Part shown: in pieces, positions 58,791 to 64,000 of the stretch
Numbering within the stretch: the first letter of the stretch is position 1
Layout: each line of letters starts with the position of its first letter
DNA from: Bacteroidales bacterium
GTDB lineage: Bacteria; Bacteroidota; Bacteroidia; Bacteroidales; ML635J-15
Length of the DNA: 64,000 nt
NCBI GenBank assembly: GCA_003249955.1
Contig: QKHS01000042.1
Span: 7,889-71,888 of the forward strand
Direction of reading: 5' to 3'
Position numbers and translations under genes: made by a program
The notes under the pieces: generated by a model
Databases searched by the model: none
Told to the model about the DNA's origin: nothing
Seen by the model: only the letters and a program-made list of their open reading frames with translations

Positions 58791-58796
58791 GCGGAA

Positions 58797-61250
58797 CTAC
58801 ATAGGATCGACATCTATTTCGGCAATGACTCCGCCAAATTCACTTTCTGATTTCAACTGCCTGATTTTATTAATTACAGCCTGCTTAATTTTAGAGGGGG
58901 AAGCTGTTTTTTCAAATCTGACATGAATATTCAGAATATAATAATTACTGATTTTGTTGATCATTGGTTCTTCAGGGCCTTTCACTCTCCCCGACAGATC
59001 ATATTTAAGAGATTCCGCAAGAATTGCCGCAGCACGGTGAAGTCTTCCGCGATCTTTATGTTTAAGTTTAATTACAATAAAACTCCAGAACGGCGGATAT
59101 TTGAACAATTTTCTTTCTTCAATCTGGGAATTAAACATAGACTTAAAATCGTTTGATACAACAAACTGAATTATAGGATGTTCAGGATTAAAAGTCTGAA
59201 TAATAACTTTTCCCTGTTTTTGCCGTCTTCCCGCACGTCCGCTAACCTGAGACATAAGCTGGAATGCTCTTTCAAAAGCCCTGAAGTCCGGAAAATTCAA
59301 CATGTTATCTGCATTTAGTATGCCTACCAGGCCGACTTTTTCAAAGTCAAGTCCTTTGGTTACCATCTGGGTACCAATCAAAATATCATATTCGTAATTC
59401 CCAAAATCTTTAATAATACGTTCAAACTTTCTTCTTGAATTTGCTGTATCGTAATCAAGCCGGGCTAAACGTGCTGCAGGAAAGATCTGTGCGGCCTCAT
59501 CCTCTATTCTTTCTGTACCCAAACCTTTTGCCACAAGATTTGTACTATTGCAGGACCCGCATTTTGTAATTACATCTGTTTTTTCACCGCAATAATGGCA
59601 AACAAGTTTATTTTCCCACTTATGATAGGTAAGGCTCACATTACAGCTCTTACAATAAGGAACTGTTCCGCAGTCCTTACACTCCAGGTTAGGAGAGTAA
59701 CCTCTGCGGTTCTGGAATAAAATTACCTGCTCATTATTTGCCAGTGCCGTATTAACATGATTGATAAGTAGCGGATGAAAATGTGCATTCATAATTTTAC
59801 GCCTATATGCATCTTTCATGTCCGCCATCAATATCTCCGGCATCTTAACATTTCCATATCTTTCAAAAAGCTCAACAAGCGAATATTTTCCGGTTAAAGC
59901 ATTTTGATACGATTCAACTGAAGGTGTTGCAGAACCGAGTATAATACCTGCATTGTGTATTCCGGATAAGACAATAGCCGCATCACGGGCATTATATCTG
60001 GGGTCCGGGTCAACCTGCTTGTAAGAAGTCTCATGTTCTTCATCAACTATAATAAGTCCAAGATTTGAAAAAGGCAGAAAAACTGCAGATCTGACGCCCA
60101 AAACTATCTGAAGTTTTTGTTCAAGTACTTGTCTGTAAACTTCTGACCTCACATCTACTGAATACTTACTATGAAAAACACCTATCTTATCTCCGAAATA
60201 GCTTTGAAGCCGTTCAATTATTTGCGATGTCAACGCTATTTCGGGAAGCAGATAAAGCACTTCCTTATTTTGAGCAATAGTCTGCTCTATAAGTTTGATA
60301 TAGATTTCTGTCTTACCGCTTGAAGTAACTCCATGCAGTAAAACAGGTTTATTGTCATTAAATTTATTATTTATCTGATCAAATGCAATTAGCTGTTTAT
60401 CTGTCAATTGAAACTCATTATTTGAATCAACAATTTGAGCCTTAATTCTGGTTTCTTCTCTGTCTTCAAAAGATACCAAACCTTTTTCGGCCAGTGAGTT
60501 TAAACTGGATTTTGAGACTCCCAGCAAGTTCATAAGCCATTTAACATTACATTCAAACTTTGTAAGCTCCTCTTCAACACATTTTCCGGCAAGAAAACTC
60601 AGGACTTCTTTCTGTTTATTGTTTCGCTTAAGAATTTTCTCACAATCCTCTGCTTTTTCAGACAGCACCCCGGAATGAAATACCAAAAATGTACTGTAAA
60701 CAGGCTTATATACTTTTACAAGGTTCTGACATAAAGATACGAGCCCGTTTGAAGCCAGATTGTCGAGTTGCTTAATCGGATTTTTTATTTCTGTCGCACG
60801 GATAATATCGTAAATGTCTGATTCCGGTGAATTTTGTAAATAGTCAAGTATTTTCTGCTCCGATTTCCCGGGTTGGTAATTCTGATTATAATCAGAATTG
60901 AAATACACTTTGGTCTCTCCCGAAGGAATGAGTTTTGAAGGTATTGCAGCATTTATTACCTCTCCCGGAGAGCAGCAATAATATGTTGATATCCAATTAA
61001 TAAGATCAGACTGCTGCTTGCTTATAACCGGAGAATCATCAAACACCGACAATATTGGCTTGGTTTCAAATTCCGGTTTTTCGTTATGAATTTTTGCAAC
61101 GATTCCTGTATATAATTTTCGTTTGCCTAAAACAATAACAACCCTGAAACCCGGTTTTACAATTTCAGACAAATCATCAGGAATGCTGTAAGTAAATGTA
61201 TATTCGAGAGCAAGGGGAAGTAATATTTCTGCAAATAATTGCTTATGCAT
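58797..61250 (-). CDS. priA: primosomal protein N' (replication restart helicase)
   Basis: LHGVTSSGKTEIY, LLPEIALT, DEEHE, GSATPS, four CxxC pairs, QVSGRAGR, DVDP C-terminus. Confidence 0.97.
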   Translation of the reverse strand: MHKQLFAEILLPLALEYTFTYSIPDDLSEIVKPGFRVVIVLGKRKLYTGIVAKIHNEKPEFETKPILSVFDDSPVISKQQSDLINWISTYYCCSPGEVINAAIPSKLIPSGETKVYFNSDYNQNYQPGKSEQKILDYLQNSPESDIYDIIRATEIKNPIKQLDNLASNGLVSLCQNLVKVYKPVYSTFLVFHSGVLSEKAEDCEKILKRNNKQKEVLSFLAGKCVEEELTKFECNVKWLMNLLGVSKSSLNSLAEKGLVSFEDREETRIKAQIVDSNNEFQLTDKQLIAFDQINNKFNDNKPVLLHGVTSSGKTEIYIKLIEQTIAQNKEVLYLLPEIALTSQIIERLQSYFGDKIGVFHSKYSVDVRSEVYRQVLEQKLQIVLGVRSAVFLPFSNLGLIIVDEEHETSYKQVDPDPRYNARDAAIVLSGIHNAGIILGSATPSVESYQNALTGKYSLVELFERYGNVKMPEILMADMKDAYRRKIMNAHFHPLLINHVNTALANNEQVILFQNRRGYSPNLECKDCGTVPYCKSCNVSLTYHKWENKLVCHYCGEKTDVITKCGSCNSTNLVAKGLGTERIEDEAAQIFPAARLARLDYDTANSRRKFERIIKDFGNYEYDILIGTQMVTKGLDFEKVGLVGILNADNMLNFPDFRAFERAFQLMSQVSGRAGRRQKQGKVIIQTFNPEHPIIQFVVSNDFKSMFNSQIEERKLFKYPPFWSFIVIKLKHKDRGRLHRAAAILAESLKYDLSGRVKGPEEPMINKISNYYILNIHVRFEKTASPSKIKQAVINKIRQLKSESEFGGVIAEIDVDPM

Positions 61251-61258
61251 TAATACAG

Positions 61259-62239
61259 TTATGAGTTGAGCACATCAACCACATCAAGCATGGTTTGATC
61301 GATAGTTTTATGATGTTTTATAGTCTTATTAAACGGGACATGAACTATTTCACGATTAATCATACCTATCATAACGCTTCTCTGGTCGTCAAGCAGTGCA
61401 TCAATTGAAGCTATTCCAAGACGGCTGGCAAGATAACGGTCGTAGGCGGTAGGAGAGCCTCCACGTTGAATATGTCCCAATACTGTTACTTTCATATCGA
61501 ATTCCCCGCCGAATTTTGCCATAGCCTCTTTAATCTCAAAAGCACCACCGGCATCGTCACCTTCGGCAACAATAATAATGCTTGATGTCTTCTTCTTGGC
61601 CATATACTGGGTCAACTGTTTATGAAGAGCTTCAAGGTCTGTTGCAACTTCCGGTACGAGAACAGCCTCTGCACCGGTTGCTATACCGGATCTTAATGCA
61701 ATAAAACCGGCATCACGTCCCATTACTTCGATAAAAAATATTCTTTCATGAGAAGCGGCAGTATCTCTTATCTTGTCAACTGCTTCGACAACAGTGTTTA
61801 AAGCAGTGTCAAAACCTATAGTCATATCCGTACCAAAAAGGTCGTTATCAATTGTTCCGGGAATTCCTACAATAGGGAAATTATACTCCTCTATAAAAAT
61901 TCTTGCGCCGGTAAAAGTCCCGTCACCACCGATTACAACCAAAGCATCAATATCATGATTTTTTAAATTCTCGTAGGCTTCTTTTCTTCCTTCTGCTGTA
62001 CGAAATCTTTCACTTCTGGCAGTTTTCAGAATTGTTCCGCCAAGCTGAATTATGTTTCCCACACTTTTTGAATTCATAGGGATGAAATCTCCTTTTATCA
62101 GTCCTTCATAGCCTCTCAGAACTCCATAAACCTTAAGTTCTTCGCTAATCGCTTTTCTTACTACTGCTCTAAGCGCAGCATTCATTCCCGGAGCATCTCC
62201 TCCTGATGTTAAAACTGCTATTTTATTTATCTGTGCCAT
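61259..62239 (-). CDS. pfkA: ATP-dependent 6-phosphofructokinase
   Basis: TSGGDAPGMNAA, IGGDGT, PGTIDND, EVMGR, LGHIQRGG. Confidence 0.97.
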   Translation of the reverse strand: MAQINKIAVLTSGGDAPGMNAALRAVVRKAISEELKVYGVLRGYEGLIKGDFIPMNSKSVGNIIQLGGTILKTARSERFRTAEGRKEAYENLKNHDIDALVVIGGDGTFTGARIFIEEYNFPIVGIPGTIDNDLFGTDMTIGFDTALNTVVEAVDKIRDTAASHERIFFIEVMGRDAGFIALRSGIATGAEAVLVPEVATDLEALHKQLTQYMAKKKTSSIIIVAEGDDAGGAFEIKEAMAKFGGEFDMKVTVLGHIQRGGSPTAYDRYLASRLGIASIDALLDDQRSVMIGMINREIVHVPFNKTIKHHKTIDQTMLDVVDVLNS

Positions 62240-62408
62240 AAATGGTTAAATTACAAATTACAAAAAACGTCCGTCTCAAAAGAAAAAACAAACCCCAACA
62301 TTATGCTTTCAGGTCTGTATCAAAGCAATACGGATGTTTTATAAACTATCTCTTCAATCAAAATTCCCGCAAAAATACTAAGAAACTTTACTAAAAAACA
62401 GGATTCTC

Positions 62409-63275
62409 TTATTTTGTTAATAAATTAATTATCCAGGCTTTTACATTCTCCATTAACCACAACGGTGTTGATGTTGCTCCGCTTATTCCGACAGAGGAAC
62501 ATGAATTCAGCCATTCCGGGTTCAAATCTTCCGGGCCTGTGATAAAATAACTGTTGGTGTTAGCCTCTTTACATACTCCAAAAAGCATTTTCCCGTTAGA
62601 ACTGTTATAGTCACTTACAAAGATTATAACATCATGTTCTGAGCAAAATTCCCGAAGTCTGGGGATTCTGTTTTTAACACTGGGACAAATTGTTTGATAA
62701 ACAGTAAACAAATCGTCTTTGCCATTAACATCTGCTGATTTTTTTTTCAGATATTCTGCAATTTCTTCATATTCACTATAATTCGATGTCGTTTGTGAAA
62801 ATAAAAAAGTTGGTTTTGAAATATCCAGACTTTCGGCCTCTGCCATGTTACTTATCACAATTGCTTTGCCTCCTGTCTGTCCTACAAGACCGTTTACTTC
62901 GGCATGTCCTTTTTTACCATAAATCACAATCTGATTTTCGTTGTTTTCTTCGGACTTTTCCTTGATTCTTTTTTGAAGACGCAATACAACAGGGCAAGTA
63001 GCATCTATAATATCTATCCCGGCATCAGATGCTTTTAAATAAGTTTCGGGAGGTTCACCATGTGCTCTTATAAGAAGTTTTTTACCTGTCAGATTGGTTA
63101 AATCCTGGTGTCCGGCTGTTTTCATTCCCAACTGGATAAGCCTTTCTTCTTCCTTAGCATTATGAACAATTTCGCCAAGGCAGTAAATCCCTTCAGAAAC
63201 ATAAGCTTCTGCCTCTTTTATTGCATTGGTAACACCAAAACAGAAACCTGCATATTTATCTATCTCAACCCTCAT
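62409..63275 (-). CDS. ispH: 4-hydroxy-3-methylbut-2-enyl diphosphate reductase
   Basis: GFCFGV, IVHN, RAHG, DATCPVV, HAEV, TIC, SSN, GATSTP. Confidence 0.96.
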   Translation of the reverse strand: MRVEIDKYAGFCFGVTNAIKEAEAYVSEGIYCLGEIVHNAKEEERLIQLGMKTAGHQDLTNLTGKKLLIRAHGEPPETYLKASDAGIDIIDATCPVVLRLQKRIKEKSEENNENQIVIYGKKGHAEVNGLVGQTGGKAIVISNMAEAESLDISKPTFLFSQTTSNYSEYEEIAEYLKKKSADVNGKDDLFTVYQTICPSVKNRIPRLREFCSEHDVIIFVSDYNSSNGKMLFGVCKEANTNSYFITGPEDLNPEWLNSCSSVGISGATSTPLWLMENVKAWIINLLTK

Positions 63276-63960
63276 TCAAAACTTTTTTTACAAGACTTAA
63301 AGCAAGTTCCAACTGTTGTTCCCTGTTAAGGTCTGAATTATCAATTAAAACAGCATCTTCTGCTTTTTTCAACGGACTGTCAGCTCTGTTCTGATCAATA
63401 TAGTCCCGTTCGGCAAGATTGTTTTTTATAGTATCGAAGCTTACTGTTTGATTTTTTGCAGCAAGCTCATCATACCTGCGTTGAGCTCTCACATCAATTG
63501 CGGCAGTAACAAAAATCTTAAGATCTGCATCAGGAAAAACAACCGTTCCTATATCGCGCCCGTCCATTACGACAGATTTGTTTTCGGACATGGCACGCTG
63601 TAGTAAAACCATTTTTAATCTTACTTCGGGAATTGCACTTATAAAACTGACTTTTGAAGAAACTGTTATGTGCCTTATCTCGTCCTCAACATTTTCCCCG
63701 TTAAGAAATGTCAGAGGATTGTTATCAGAATCCAGCTCAAAATTTATTTCTATTTCATCAAGGCGTGAAAATAATTTTGTTTCATCCACAACATCTCCTT
63801 CTATCAGTTTATTCCTGATCGCAAACAAAGTAACAGCTCTGTACATTGCCCCACTGTCAATATAAATAAAGCCCAGCTTACGGGAAAGTTCTCTTGCCAG
63901 AGTGCTTTTACCGCAGGAGGAAAAGCCGTCAACTGCTATTTTTACGGGTCTTGTTAACAC
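63265..63960 (-). CDS. cmk: cytidylate kinase
   Basis: IAVDGFSSCGKST, DSGAMYRA, MDGRDIGTVVFP; GTG start; TAAATTTG box on the minus strand at 63980-63987. Confidence 0.96.
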   Translation of the reverse strand: MLTRPVKIAVDGFSSCGKSTLARELSRKLGFIYIDSGAMYRAVTLFAIRNKLIEGDVVDETKLFSRLDEIEINFELDSDNNPLTFLNGENVEDEIRHITVSSKVSFISAIPEVRLKMVLLQRAMSENKSVVMDGRDIGTVVFPDADLKIFVTAAIDVRAQRRYDELAAKNQTVSFDTIKNNLAERDYIDQNRADSPLKKAEDAVLIDNSDLNREQQLELALSLVKKVLNEG

Positions 63961-64000
63961 ATTAATTGATTTTAAGTTACAAATTTAAAAAAAACGGGAA

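Noticed and set aside
823-63865. Many 60-177 aa antisense or alternate-frame ORFs in the supplied track (e.g. 11759-12250, 19677-20210, 20101-20598, 32818-33288)
   Set aside because: They overlap well-supported genes, lack motifs, and look like shadow ORFs.

Overview
This AT-rich, gene-dense 64-kb window looks like core chromosome of a Bacteroidota (probably Bacteroidales-like) bacterium. The assignment rests on repeated TAnnTTTG promoter boxes, three type IX secretion (T9SS) C-terminal-domain proteins plus PorZ, and lineage-typical gene orders (rsfS-ftsH-cdsA, asnS-rpoN, cmk-ispH-pfkA, lpxK-PNP). About 56 CDSs are supported, mostly housekeeping: gltX, era, der, pheS, fumC, dxr, rseP, rdgB, recO, pyrC, arfB, ftsH, asnS, rpoN, lpxK, priA, pfkA, ispH, cmk. 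Small accessory modules include a TetR-TolC-MFP-RND efflux operon with a P-II-like gene, a DUF47/Pit cassette between era and der, an MBOAT+SGNH acylation pair, a GH3 adenylating enzyme, secreted hydrolases and a nucleoside-hydrolase/FmdE fusion. I saw no tRNA or rRNA gene, CRISPR array, transposase, integrase, prophage or recognisable defence system, and I cannot point to a clearly new multi-gene system. The best leads are: (i) an almost cargo-less T9SS substrate with a sigma-54-like promoter and a 14-bp upstream palindrome; (ii) the exported nucleoside hydrolase-FmdE fusion; (iii) period-7 intergenic repeat arrays, two of which bracket the Pit cassette; (iv) apparent CCGG over-representation. 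All calls come from reading motifs by eye; no database search was run.
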